Shown here one piece after another: positions 1 to 11,233 of a stretch of 64,000 bases of DNA (the stretch's first letter is position 1; each line of letters starts with the position of its first letter). Below the pieces are notes generated by a model, which was not told where the DNA came from, did no database searches, and saw nothing but the letters and a program-made list of their open reading frames with translations. Origin of the DNA: Naegleria gruberi. Its lineage: Eukaryota. The DNA is taken from NCBI GenBank assembly GCA_000004985.1, contig GG738895.1; one strand, written 5' to 3'. The translations under genes were made by a program, and so were the position numbers.

Positions 1-251
1 GTAACTTGTTCATGTTCAATGTTGGTTATCACAATGAACATCACGATTTCCCAAAGATTCCAGGTTGCAATCTTCCAAAGTTGAAGGAAATTGCTCCTGA
101 ATATTATAACAATTTGAAGGTTACTGAATCTTGGACTTATGCTCTCTGGGAATATATTACAACTGATGGTTATACTCCATTCAACAGAGTTGCCAGAACC
201 CACGAAGATCACAAGAATGCTAGAAAGAATGACTCCAAGAAGGATCAATAA
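1..251 (+). CDS. Sphingolipid delta4-desaturase (dihydroceramide desaturase, DEGS/Des1 family), 3' fragment; the 5' end lies outside the window
   Basis: The frame is open from position 1. The translation ...NVGYHNEHHDFPKIPGCNLPKLKEIAPEYYNNL carries the third histidine box (HNEHHDFP) of DEGS-type fatty-acid desaturases. Stop codon at 249-251. Confidence 0.75.
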   Translation, partial: NLFMFNVGYHNEHHDFPKIPGCNLPKLKEIAPEYYNNLKVTESWTYALWEYITTDGYTPFNRVARTHEDHKNARKNDSKKDQ

Positions 252-390
252 TTTAATTCATCACACAGTTTTATTGTCACATTTTGAGAGGGTTGAATAA
301 AACTTGCAGCCAATTTACTTTTTAACCATATAGTACTTCTCGTTATCTTTAAATAAAGAAATAATGTACCTATTTTGATAACTCAAAAAA

Positions 391-2167
391 ATGCACAATA
401 GAAAACAAGGAGAATCACATGATATCTTTCATGACAATCTCTCATCCTCTTCACCACCAACAAATATTAGTAAATCTGCTCATCCCTCCGAAATATTAGA
501 GAATCAAGTAGACAATTCATCAGCTAAATTTAATTTACATGGCGAAACTGATTTGAATACAACAAGCAAAACAACTAGTTGCTGCTTTTGTTGTTCGTGT
601 TCTCCCTTCGGGATGAGAATGATTCGAGCGGCTTCATTGATGGGATTACTTTTACTAATAATTGCCTTCTTTGTGTGGGCTTTACCCTTGTTGCGATTGG
701 TTTATTGGAATTCGAAACACTTCTCTCAGACTGGATTGAGAATATTAGAGGCAAATTCAAAAATTAGTCCTCTGGAGGAACGAAATCTTGTAGAAAAAGT
801 GGAAAAGGAGAGTGGAATTCATTTAATTAATAGGAAAGGATTGGAATTATTTGGATTGGAATCATCTGAAATTCTGAAAGATTTCTCAGTATTGTATCAA
901 TTGAAAATTGTCATGCAAGAGAGAAGGATTGGGGATAAGCTATTTCCAATTATTGATGACATTATTGAGAATTTCTATAAAAAATTATTGATTAGACCAA
1001 GTACCATCACCAGATCCATTCATCAAACTTACAAGACAAAGGATTTAAATTTAATGCCAGAGCACTGGAAGGATTCTCCAGAAAGGTGGGTCCAATACAA
1101 AGACTTGTATGTCAATGATTATTTGGATGATAAGATTGATCCAGATTTGAGAAGGGAGGTTTCTGTTACATATAATTACAATTTATGGATTGATGAGGAG
1201 ATGGATCAATTTGTTCAATCAAGTGATTGGAAGTCAGTCTCAGAATTTAATGAGAATTATTATGACTCATTCTTTAAGAGCATTCCAATGAAAATTCAAA
1301 AGATTGATGCTATTAGATATTGTTGGCTTTCTAGAATTGGAGGTATATACAGTGATTTAGATGTTAGACCGATAAGGGATATTGAAGAGCTATTAAGATA
1401 TTTGGAACTCTACCATATCATTGAAGCATTCAAACAAAAGAATTCTAATCAAGTTTTAACATTGAAGGAAAAGTTCCACAAAATGGTTCAATACCTCAAA
1501 GATTCATTAGAAACAGGATCCAATGAATCAAAATTTGAGCCAGAATGGCAGAGTATTCAGATAGAGTTTCAGAGAATTGCAAAAATGAAACCAAAATTTT
1601 CAGCAGTAGTTCCAAAAACATATCCATTCGGAATTTCTAATGATTTTTTGATTGGGGCACGCAATTCTGAATTCTTCCAATTTGTGGTTCAGAGATCAGT
1701 GGCTGAGTTTTCTAGATGGAAGTTATTAAGCTACATTCCAATAGCTAGATATGCCTATGTTATGTTAACAGGAGGTCCACTTTTCCTCTCAGAATGTTAC
1801 AGACAGTTCACGTTAGAAAAGGCAAAGAAATGTAAGTATTGAAATGATTGCTGCAACCTCATATTTGAATAATTAAATAATAGATCAAAGAGACGGAATT
1901 GAGATAACTGGAAATGTTGCACTTATGGATTTATCAATTTATGGATCGCAACAATCATCATTTCTTGCCCATACTAAAGGCAATTCATGGCATACTTTTG
2001 AGGCACAATTTATTCTTGATTTTTGGCAGCAATTAAAGGGAACAAGCTATTCAAAATTGGGATTATATACATTAACATTAATTTTCTCAGTTATTGGACT
2101 CATTTTATTAATTAAATATATTTTCATGAGGGCAAGACAAATGAAGAGGAATGAGGAAAACGTTTGA
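391..2167 (+). CDS. Glycosyltransferase family 32 (Och1/Sur1/A4GALT-like, DXD-containing) with N- and C-terminal transmembrane anchors; 2 exons
   Basis: Proposed structure is join(391..1831,1884..2167). The first ORF ends inside a GTAAGT at 1832. A 52-nt intron (GTAAGT...AATAATAG) joins it in frame to ORF 1925..2167. The motif DAIRYCWLSRIGGIYSDLDV matches the GT32 signature DxxRxxxLxxxGGxYxDxD. There are hydrophobic anchors near residue 90 and at the C-terminus. Confidence 0.65.
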
Positions 2168-2454
2168 TTTATTTAATGGATGATAGTTATAGGTTTTCGT
2201 ATGAGGTCATAAGCTGTTGATGGTTTTAAGAACAACGTTCTCTTAATGAACAAGATCAAGGTTACAAATGATACACCCAAGCACAGCTCAATAATGAAAA
2301 ATTACAGAAAATACAATCCTTTAGATTCACCACTACCACTCAATTGATAAAATCCGATTTTAAGATCCTTAATTGAAATTAAACCAATAATAACGATCAG
2401 TAGAGTATGTTGAGGCATTACGCCCTATAACCATGATATTTCTCAAATTCAGAT

Positions 2455-2572
2455 GGCTACGGCCATATCACGATGAGTGCACCTCATCCCGTCCGATTTG
2501 AGAAGTTAAGCATCGTCGAGCCACATCAGTACTGAGGTTGGAGACAACTTGGGAACCTGTGGTGCTGTAGTC
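2455..2572 (+). rRNA. 5S ribosomal RNA gene, dispersed single copy
   Basis: GGCTACGGCCATATCACGATGAG...CCCGTCCGATTTGAGAAGTTAAGC...GGGAACCTGTGGTGCTGTAGTC matches the eukaryotic 5S consensus. The 5' and 3' ends pair as helix I. A TTTTT terminator follows immediately. Confidence 0.9.
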
Positions 2573-2577
2573 TTTTT
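2573..2577 (+). terminator. RNA polymerase III T-run terminator of the 5S gene
   Basis: TTTTT directly after the 3' end of the 5S helix I. Confidence 0.7.
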
Positions 2578-3448
2578 GTTTTAATTAGTTGTTCACGTAA
2601 TTTTCTATTACTAACATCGAGAAGTCATACCAGATGAGCAAGGCAATTTCCAGATTCAAATTGATTTCTTGATCACTGAATTGTCCTTCAAGGTAAGTTT
2701 GAAGAAAGCAAAGTGTGCAATTTCAAACAAATCTTAAAATATTTCTAGATGTATGGCTTTTGAAACCTGAATTATAATCGTTGTTTGTTTTTTTATGATA
2801 CAGTTGTACAGGAACCAAAACACAAATCGAAAAAAATGTTATATTTCAACTTTTAAATAATTCAGAATTGAAATAGATGAAGTTTCAATTTCGATTTGAT
2901 TAAGAAAATATCAAACCAAAATTTAGATCAAGCAATTCAACATGGCAAATGTTCAATAAATACGAGGTTGATCAACCGAATCAGTTTCTTCAAACAAAAC
3001 CTGAACCAACAAGATTCTGTCTTCGTTGCCTTCACTGTTCATACAGTCAAAGACTGTAGCGGGATTGTCGCCATATTCCTGGCAGGCTTCCCGTCTAATC
3101 TACCAATTGAAATATTACTTTGATTTGAACATCATTTCGTATGAAAAAATTATACAGACATTGATTAAGAAATAAAGTTAAAGTAAACTCACAATCAAAA
3201 CCCAATCTTTGCAATGAATCCTCGATCCATGGGAAGTCAGATTTTGTTCATTGGTGGGAGATTTGAAGAGGCAATTCAATATTGAACAATATTTTTAAGG
3301 AAAATGGGAGTGTCAAATCTTTGATTATTTTCTCGGTGGTTTTAAGATATGAAACTTTGAAAATTGCTATTTAGCTAGATTACATATCATTGCTCCAAGT
3401 GATGAAAAAAAGTAAAACTCAAATGTTGGAGATAGAGGCAAAATTAAT

Positions 3449-3519
3449 CTCGAGTGCCGGGAATTGAACCCGGGTCGCCAGAGTGACAGTCTGGAATGCT
3501 ACCACTATACCACACCCGA
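3449..3519 (-). tRNA. tRNA-Asp (anticodon GTC)
   Basis: Minus-strand sequence TCGGGTGTGGTATAGTGGTAGCATTCCAGACTGTCACTCTGGCGACCCGGGTTCAATTCCCGGCACTCGAG. The 7-bp acceptor stem pairs with one G-T wobble. The anticodon loop is CTGTCAC and the T-arm is GGTTCAATTCC. A T-run lies downstream on the minus strand (3440-3443). Confidence 0.85.
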
Positions 3520-3636
3520 TTACATTAGAAATCTTATGATCCCTTAACTCGCCTTAGTATAACGTCCTCACGGGCATTGGTTGATAAAGCATAACAATTA
3601 GATGTCAGGCAGAAAATTGTGGTTTATTCTAATGAG

Positions 3637-5322
3637 TTATTTCCAAGTCAATTTTTGATATTTAAGGGATAATTGTTCAATTCTCTGTTCTAACTGAGTG
3701 ATTTGTGACCAGTAGATGTATGGATTTGACTCTGGATTGTCAGTAATCCAATCTAACAAGCTTTGATACTCTAGCATACAAATGTCAAAAGCTGCTTTCT
3801 TATTTTCAGATTGTTCGATTAGAGATTCATGAGCTAACAACCATGCATATCTCAAATCTATATCAGAATTAGGTTCCTTAACATATGGTTCCATTCTTCT
3901 TATGGCCTCTTGTGCTTTTCCTGAGAGTCTTAGAGAATTGGCCATTACAATGATGCATTCCCTTAATTGGTATTCTGTCAAAACAAAGTTGACAGCCAAT
4001 AATTTTTCAATATTGAATAATGCAGTGCCATAATCTTCCAACAAGATGTGAACTTTTGCCTTATTGATCAAATTAACAATATTGTGTTGGGGAATTTTGC
4101 TGCCCTTTTCAGATAATTCTAAATATTTCTTCGATTCCTCAATGAATTCAACAAATTCGGAGCTCGAATTTCTAGTACTTTGAACAAGAGAAGCAGCATG
4201 CAACAACACACTACCTTTCAAAATAAAATAATCAGAAAAACAAAGTGGAAAGTTATCACTGTTCCTATTTCTCAGATTATCAAAAATTTCAGTAATTCTT
4301 TCGATATTCCTCTTGGTTTCCTCCATATTGTCGGGATACAAGTTATGGGTGCACTCTTTCAATATGAAACCTTTCGCATACACGTTGTTTTGGTCTAGCT
4401 CAATTGCCTTTTTGAGCAGAGTTTCGGCTTGTGTGTAATTACCTTCAACAATATCAATGACAGCCCTTACTAGTTCAATACATGAATTAATCTTGATATC
4501 CATTCCAGTCTCCAAATCAAACAGAGTATCATCCTTATTCAATAAACTCCATTCATTATGCTTTTGACAAATATTCTTCATGAGAATGGTCTCTTCCCTG
4601 CTTAATAGCTTCATTGCAAGTCCATAATTTGCAAAATAGAAAACTGATTCGAACAATTCTTTTTCCAAAGTCTCATCAACTGCATTATCAATTTCTTTCT
4701 TAAATTCAATAATTTCTAAATTCAATGAAACATATTCAGTCAAATATTTCTTTAACAAGTGACAAGAATAGAGATTGGAAGCATATTCTTTCAGAAGTGG
4801 ATTAGTTTTAAACGCATTAAATACATAATCAAACAACCATTCTTCATTATCTTTCAAAATATCACTTTTCAATTGTTTTTTAATCGTATCAATCAGGAAA
4901 CTTGGAATTCCATAAAAAATTCCCTCTTTTGTTTCCTTATTTTTAATTAATAATGATAAAAATTCATCTGTTGCATTGTTAGTTTGTTTTCCTTTCACAA
5001 TATTTTCAATTTCCAATTTGATTTGTTTTTTGTAATCTAATAAAGACTTGGTTGACTTGAACGGATTTTCATTTTGATTGAATTCTTGTCCAATTAAACC
5101 TCCATTAATTTGCTTGTCTTTGATATTTTCTAAACCACCCGAACAAATACGAAACCTATTTTCCAACTCCAACTTATTCGAATCTTCATTTCTATGAAAA
5201 AGTGCAATGTGAAATTGCTCATTGTAACATCCCAGTTTTGCCAATGCTACAAAATAGTTAACTCGTGTTGATTGCACTTTAAATAAGTTTCGTCTCTGAA
5301 GGAGCGTTCTTCTAATGAACAT
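3637..5322 (-). CDS. Hypothetical helical-repeat (TPR/PPR-like) protein with a mitochondrial-presequence-like N-terminus
   Basis: 561-aa uninterrupted ORF starting at ATG 5322 in an AAAAATG context. The N-terminus MFIRRTLLQRRNLFKVQSTR is basic and hydroxylated. The rest is rich in amphipathic helices. No family assigned. Confidence 0.55.
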   Translation of the reverse strand: MFIRRTLLQRRNLFKVQSTRVNYFVALAKLGCYNEQFHIALFHRNEDSNKLELENRFRICSGGLENIKDKQINGGLIGQEFNQNENPFKSTKSLLDYKKQIKLEIENIVKGKQTNNATDEFLSLLIKNKETKEGIFYGIPSFLIDTIKKQLKSDILKDNEEWLFDYVFNAFKTNPLLKEYASNLYSCHLLKKYLTEYVSLNLEIIEFKKEIDNAVDETLEKELFESVFYFANYGLAMKLLSREETILMKNICQKHNEWSLLNKDDTLFDLETGMDIKINSCIELVRAVIDIVEGNYTQAETLLKKAIELDQNNVYAKGFILKECTHNLYPDNMEETKRNIERITEIFDNLRNRNSDNFPLCFSDYFILKGSVLLHAASLVQSTRNSSSEFVEFIEESKKYLELSEKGSKIPQHNIVNLINKAKVHILLEDYGTALFNIEKLLAVNFVLTEYQLRECIIVMANSLRLSGKAQEAIRRMEPYVKEPNSDIDLRYAWLLAHESLIEQSENKKAAFDICMLEYQSLLDWITDNPESNPYIYWSQITQLEQRIEQLSLKYQKLTWK

Positions 5323-5732
5323 TTTTTTTTCTGTTTATTTTTCAATTCTCTAGTTCCACACAACTTCCAAACTTTCTTTACAAAAAATCAATCCACTATT
5401 AACCAACTAAATTTTTGTTAAAAATGGAAATTAGACCTATGCAGGCGTCTGAAGATTAACTTCACACATGATTTTAAGCAATTTGGAAACAACTTTTGTT
5501 TTAAAGTGAAACAATACAAGAATAAATCTTAAAACAAATCTTTTGATAATTTGGAAGCTGAAGATTAAGCCAACTTTGAAATCTTTTCAAATAACATCAA
5601 GTCTTTATTCAATAATTACCTGAGCCTTAAAATTTTCATCTCACCATCTATCAAACCAAACCCTAATTTCCATAATAGTCCAATCAACATGCCAAATTTC
5701 ATTTAAAAAAAAATACCCTGACAACCATTTTA

Positions 5733-7370
5733 ATGTCTTTGCTATCATCATATGAAACATCACCAAACATCACTACAGGTCAATCAATTTGTGATAAAAG
5801 ATTGCTAGAATTAGGTCAACTGAGCAGAGAAGGATACAATGCCACAATTACTAACAATATTTGTCCAGATAGTATTTTCACTCCGATATTTGCAAGTGGA
5901 ATTTTGATATTTTATATTGTTCTGGTTTGTTTTGGGGTGTTTGGAGTTTATTGGAAGAGAAATAGTGGACATGTCAAGGCACGTCATGCGACATTTATGA
6001 TTTTGACAATTGTTGCTAGTTTTATGTGTGTTTTGTTGACGTGTTTGAGATATATTGTGGGGAGGAAGGTGATGCCTTGTTTTTTGTATAGTATCTCTAT
6101 ATTTATTACGCCACCTGCCATTTGTCTGCCAACTGTTTTGAGATATGTCAGAACTTTCTTCTTGTATCGATTGAATTTGAAGAAAGCAGCAAATGTGAGA
6201 GCTAGCAAAGAGTTTTATATTCAAAAGAATACTGAACTAGAGAAGGAAGAAGTCAAAAGTCCAACTCGAGATGTCCAAGTTGATTTGACATTTAACAATG
6301 AAGAAAATAATAAGGAAAATAATGAATTGAATAAGGCTCAATCAGAACAAGAATTGAATATTACATCGAATAGTTCTGTGGAAAAGAGTGATATTGATTC
6401 GAATTCGGAAGGTTTAGACCAAGCTTACTTGGACTATTCTGAATCGGCCATGTTTTCCAAAAGTTTCAAAATTCTTAACTTTATTTTGAGTAACAAGTTT
6501 ATTGTACTGGTTTATATTCTCGCATTTGGATTTCATTTGGCTGTTTGGGCTATCTTTGGAGGTGTGGATGAGATTTTATGGAACACTTCAGGGAAACGAA
6601 TCTTCCTGTGGAGTGTGAGCATGTTTCAGTTTGATACTGGATGTGTAACAACTACGAATGGAGTAATTTTGATGGTTAGTGAGGCAGCTTTCTACATCAT
6701 TCTAGAGTTTGTCTTTTTTATTTTATTGTTTTTTGTGGATAGAGATACGTGGTCAATTAAGATTGAAGCAATTGTGATGATTATCATTCAGATTATATTG
6801 GCAGCTTCATTTCTTATAAGTGGACAAATTGAAGTGATTAGATTTTTCACAGATTACATAGTTCCATATGGATTTGCTGCATTATTGTATCCAATTTTGG
6901 AAATTTTAATTTCAGTCATTCTTCCAGTAATTTATGCCATCAGACAAGATAGAAAATCAATCACTCATGAAGGAAATCAAATGGAAATCCTCCTCAGAAA
7001 TAGAGAGACATTCTGGCTCATATTGGACTATGCAAGACGAAGTTATTGCCCCGAGAATATTCTTGCATATAAGGATATTGAGAATTTCAAAAAAATTTCA
7101 AAAAAGAATAGAAAGCAAGTTGCCCTCAAGATTATCAACACCTACTTGGTGCATGACTCTCCTCTGGAGCTTAACATTCCAAATGCCTCGACGAGATATC
7201 ATGAAATTAATACGTTTCTTACAGGACTAGTTGATGACAATGTGCCTTTAGATCTCTTTGATGATATCAAACTAGCTTGTCTGACAAATATGACAGACAT
7301 CTTTGAACGATTGAAATCTAGTAATTTGGAATTCAAACAAAAAGTTGAATCATTGAACAAAGGACAATAA
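5733..7370 (+). CDS. Seven-transmembrane protein with a C-terminal RGS (regulator of G-protein signalling) domain
   Basis: 545-aa ORF with multiple hydrophobic helices in the N-terminal 400 aa. The C-terminal segment ETFWLILDYARRSYCPENILAYKDIENFKK...INTYLVHDSPLELNIP fits the RGS-box pattern. Confidence 0.65.
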   Translation: MSLLSSYETSPNITTGQSICDKRLLELGQLSREGYNATITNNICPDSIFTPIFASGILIFYIVLVCFGVFGVYWKRNSGHVKARHATFMILTIVASFMCVLLTCLRYIVGRKVMPCFLYSISIFITPPAICLPTVLRYVRTFFLYRLNLKKAANVRASKEFYIQKNTELEKEEVKSPTRDVQVDLTFNNEENNKENNELNKAQSEQELNITSNSSVEKSDIDSNSEGLDQAYLDYSESAMFSKSFKILNFILSNKFIVLVYILAFGFHLAVWAIFGGVDEILWNTSGKRIFLWSVSMFQFDTGCVTTTNGVILMVSEAAFYIILEFVFFILLFFVDRDTWSIKIEAIVMIIIQIILAASFLISGQIEVIRFFTDYIVPYGFAALLYPILEILISVILPVIYAIRQDRKSITHEGNQMEILLRNRETFWLILDYARRSYCPENILAYKDIENFKKISKKNRKQVALKIINTYLVHDSPLELNIPNASTRYHEINTFLTGLVDDNVPLDLFDDIKLACLTNMTDIFERLKSSNLEFKQKVESLNKGQ

Positions 7371-8032
7371 TCCTTTTGTTTTAAAATTAGTTGAATAATC
7401 TTTCGATATGTCATTGAAACTTACATGGATATTAATTGATAATGCGATGAATTTCCCGATCTCAATAGATTATTCAAACAATAATTTTAAAAAGAAAAGT
7501 TGGTTATTATTTACATTACACAATCTTGAGATATCTATAAACAACTGTCACGGTTGAGAAAATACCCATTCCAATAACGGCAATTTCAAATGGAGTTAAA
7601 ATTTTCTTAATATTTCTCAAATTATTGCAAGCAATCAAAAAGAGAGCTCTAAAGCTTCCATCATCAACTAGTTTAGGCTTTCTCCTTTCCTTTCCCCATT
7701 GGGAGTTTGTTGTTTCCACTGGCAAATTGTCTGCCTTCTTTTTAAAGAAAAATGTTCGTTTCTGTGGTTGTTGAATTGTGTTGTGTCTTGTGGTTGCAGC
7801 CAACTTGGAACTGTTTCTACTCTTCAGAGGACTATGTAATACTCCATGTATGAATGATGGGTGGGTAAATTTATGGGTGATTAAGGAAGAAGTAACAGCA
7901 GTGCACATTGTGTTTGGTCGTTTGATCATTTTTTTGTGTTTGACTTGTGTGGTTTTTTACTAAGTTTCGGCGAATCATGCACAAACATCCTTATTTGGGC
8001 TGGAAACAAGTTGAAAAGTGGCATAATAATAT

Positions 8033-9536
8033 TTATTGAATCCAGACAGAAGCAAGATATTGGAGAATGTCTAAAAATTCCTTATCACAACTGATAATGA
8101 TTGAAAGTGCCTTATCACTGTGGATGTGAAGTCTGGAAGCCATTTTCATTGCTCGGACTTCAAGTTTTTCTCTTTGTTGCTCATCAAGTTTGATTCCGAC
8201 AATTTGAGTATTCTTCTTTAAAGCTTCAGTGTATTGGTTACTGATTTCTATTAATTGTGAATAAAGGAAAAGTAAATAGTCACGAAGTAAAGTGGCCACA
8301 TGTTTAGCATCCTTAGAGTTTGAATCAGTATCTTTCCATTGAATTGGAAGAATTCCAGAATTATTAGAATCCATCAAGTGTTTAGAAAGGATCAAGATCT
8401 AGTGTTGTGTTACTACATTTCACAAAGATGAAATAATACATACATGATTAGAAGCCAGTGAGGCCAATTTAGCAAGAGATCTATAACATTCTGCCTTGCT
8501 CTTTTCCAATAAAATTGTTGAGGTTTGAAGCATTTCACTCACCTCTGTTGTAGAAGCAAGAACATCTTCCAAATTATTGTAGGCATTCTTAGAAAGCTCC
8601 ACAGAACTATTTGTCATTTCTATAACTTCCTTTCCAACTGGAAGATTAGCAATATATTGATAACTTGATTTCTTTTCTTCAACTTCCTTTGTACTAAATT
8701 GGGTTGATTCTATCATAATTTCTCTCAATTCTCTTAAAATTTCTAATAAAATTATTTTGATACTGTTCTAAACATAATAAAAACATACTTTCAATCTTTT
8801 CACGTTCTTGGTCAGTTCTTTCTTCCATATATTTCTCTAATTCTTGATTACAATTCTTGGCAAGAGCAGCAATTTCTTGAAGATGTTTCAAACCTTCATA
8901 TTCAATAAATAATTCTTTAAAATTGACAAAAATGTGAATTCCATCATCAGACTACCAAATACATTAGAATATTAAAATCGCACAAAAACCCACCTCCTCA
9001 GCATCATATAAAATCTTGCTAGCCTCTTCCAAAGTGTTTAGCACAGTTTTTCCGAATTGAGTTGCCAAGCCTTTCACAAATTTTAATTCAACAGTCTCAT
9101 CAACCAATTGTGATGTTTCTGCATAGACTGTACTTGTCACCCCTGAAATTGTACTAAAGAATGATTTGATTGTGCTTTCGGCATTCTTGAAAGAAGTTTC
9201 AATGGTTTTTTCTGTTTGTTCAATGAGAGAGGAAGTATTAGCCTCACCTCCATTATCATTAATTTCACCATTTTCTTCTTCAACTTGTTTTTCTTCGGTT
9301 GTTGTAGGAGTTGTTGATTCATCACCTTCTTCTTCTTCTACGAGCTTTTGTAATTGTTGTCCAAATTGATTGGTCTGTTGATTCATCACTCTCACAACAT
9401 TTCCTATTGTTGAACTCCACGATCCCCACCATGAGCCTTGATCCGATGATGATGATGCTTCTTCTTGTTGATCAGCTTCGACGGTGTTATCAGCTACTTG
9501 TTGATCAGTTGATTCATTGTTTGGTTGTTGACTCAT
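8033..9536 (-). CDS. Hypothetical coiled-coil protein, 4 exons, 456 aa
   Basis: Proposed structure is join(9536..8994,8951..8789,8742..8444,8398..8033). Four ORFs in three frames are linked by introns GTGGGT..TGGTAG (42 nt), GTATGT..TTTTATTAG (46 nt) and GTATGT..TAGTAACACAACACTAG (45 nt). Exon lengths sum to 1371, which is 3 x 457. The N-terminus is acidic and Ser-rich; the rest is helical. Confidence 0.55.
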
Positions 9537-9665
9537 TTTTTCTTTATGGATTTTGTGAGCAGGTTTAAATTGAGTTTATTTGAGGTTGGTTTGGTAACTT
9601 TAATGGAAAAAAAGCCTTCCGATTAATTATATTATTGAAATATGATGATACGTTAATATTTACAT

Positions 9666-11233
9666 TTATTTTCTGTTTCGCAAAATTCTTGAGGCTTTTG
9701 GCATTTCTCTAAGATCTAATTGATTATTGATTGTATCTTGGAAAGAGGAATACTTTTCAAGAATTAAAGAAATGAATTTGGTAATGTTTGATTCATCAGA
9801 TTCAGAACACTTTTGTGCAATATCAATAATTGTAACAGCTGTATGCTTCTTACATTTCTCTGACATGTCTATGAAATCCAAGAATATTTGGAGAATATCT
9901 GACTTGACAGTAGCACTCAAATGAGAGTCATTATAGAGAGCATATAATGCCTTCAAGTTTTGTTGTTCCTTAGAAAGGAGTTCAATCATGCATGATTCAT
10001 TAATAAATGTTAAAATACAACTGACTGCTCTAGTAATCACTGGTAAAGTTCTATTGGATTCTGAGGCTTGCAATCCTTCATAAACAATTGATTCAATTAT
10101 TGCAGACAAAAAGTAAATATCAGCACCTTCGTTTGAATTAAGTGAATAATCTGGATTACCAGTCAAATAACGATAACATCTCATATATGGATGTTTGTAA
10201 AGATTATTGGCAGTAATTCTAAGATCTGGATCTGGTTCTACCATCTTTCTAATAAGATCCTTCAATGAAGAAAGTTTGATACGTTCAAACATTCCAGGAA
10301 TTTTGTCTCTTTCTCTCAAAACAGCTCTATAGAAAGCTTCATGTTGTTGTTGGCAAGTTAATTCAAAAACACACAAGCCCATACTATAAATATCACAACT
10401 GTAGGCATATGGTCTTTGAAGAGCAATTTCTGGAGCAACATAGAGTGGTGTTCCGCAAATTGTGTATGTTACAGCTCCCTTACTATTGAGCATTTTGGCA
10501 AGACCAAAATCACATAATCTCAATGTATCATCCTCTCCGAGAAGCATATTAGATGGCTATATTGTTATTATTATTATTGGGTGTGTAAATTATCATATTT
10601 ACATAATAGCAAACATACCTTAATATCTCTGTGAATAATACCTTCTTCATGACAATACATCAAAGCACTACAAAGTTGAGTGTACCACGAAAGAACTCTC
10701 CAAACATTAATATTAACATGTTGATCCTTTTCAATAATATCTCCAATAGTACCTTTTTGGCAGTATTCTGTTACTACACCAACACAACTCTTATCCATTT
10801 GATCTTTGAGAGGAAATTCCTCGATGAAAAGCATAATATTTGGATGTTTCAAGTTTTTAAGTATCTTAATTTCTCTATCGATAGCTTCTGCGGCTTCTCT
10901 ATCTGTAGTTTTTGGAAGCTCTAACACTTTCAATGCAAGATTATTGCTTCCCTTTTTAACAAGATAGACTTCACCATAACTACCCTTTCCGATTAAGTTC
11001 AAAATTTGATAGCCATGATATACACTATCTATCGATAACATTACACCCAAGTCCACAAATGGATCTCCAACCTTGGGACTTCTTTGTGGCTTTGTTATTG
11101 GTTGTTTTTGATTTGCTGTTGTTGTTGTTGTTGGAGCGCTATTATTTTGTGGACGTTCATAGGCATCATCATCTTCGTCTTCACGCAAGAGAAATTTAGT
11201 GATTGAATTTTCTGAACGGGAGGCATTACCCAT
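9666..11233 (-). CDS. Ser/Thr protein kinase (ULK/Fused-like catalytic domain) with an N-myristoylation-type start (MGNASRS) and a helical C-terminal region; 2 exons
   Basis: Proposed structure is join(11233..10619,10556..9666). A 62-nt intron GTATGT...AATAACAATATAG splits the catalytic loop as HRDIK|PSNMLL. Kinase motifs present: GKGSYGEV (GxGxxG), ALKV, HRDIKPSN, DFGLAK, GTPLYVAPE. Confidence 0.8.

Noticed and set aside
2598-2747. Plus-strand GTAATT..TACTAAC..AG and GTAAGT..TTTCTAG intron-like signals immediately after the 5S gene
   Set aside because: No plus-strand frame stays open across the putative exons (stops in all three frames). They are probably chance matches in A+T-rich DNA.
5811-6224. 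Minus-strand ORFs (137 aa and 74 aa) inside the 7TM-RGS gene. Similar antisense ORFs occur at 12501..12731, 24511..24852, 26113..26695, 39240..39993, 41268..41690 and 61792..63288
   Set aside because: They lie antisense to, or in alternative frames of, ORFs with conserved motifs. They have poor codon bias and low-complexity translations. I treat them as spurious.
7516-7929. 137-aa minus-strand ORF between the RGS gene and the coiled-coil gene
   Set aside because: Low-complexity basic sequence with no motif. It lies where the 3' UTR of the 8033..9536 gene is expected. It was not called as a gene, though it cannot be excluded.
8742-8789. A 21-nt segment GTATGTTTTTATTATGTTTAG that could be read as an intron in the 8033..9536 gene
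   Set aside because: It is too short and does not change the frame. Using the same donor with the acceptor 25 nt further (TTTTATTAG, 46-nt intron) is required to reach the next open frame and gives an exon sum divisible by 3.
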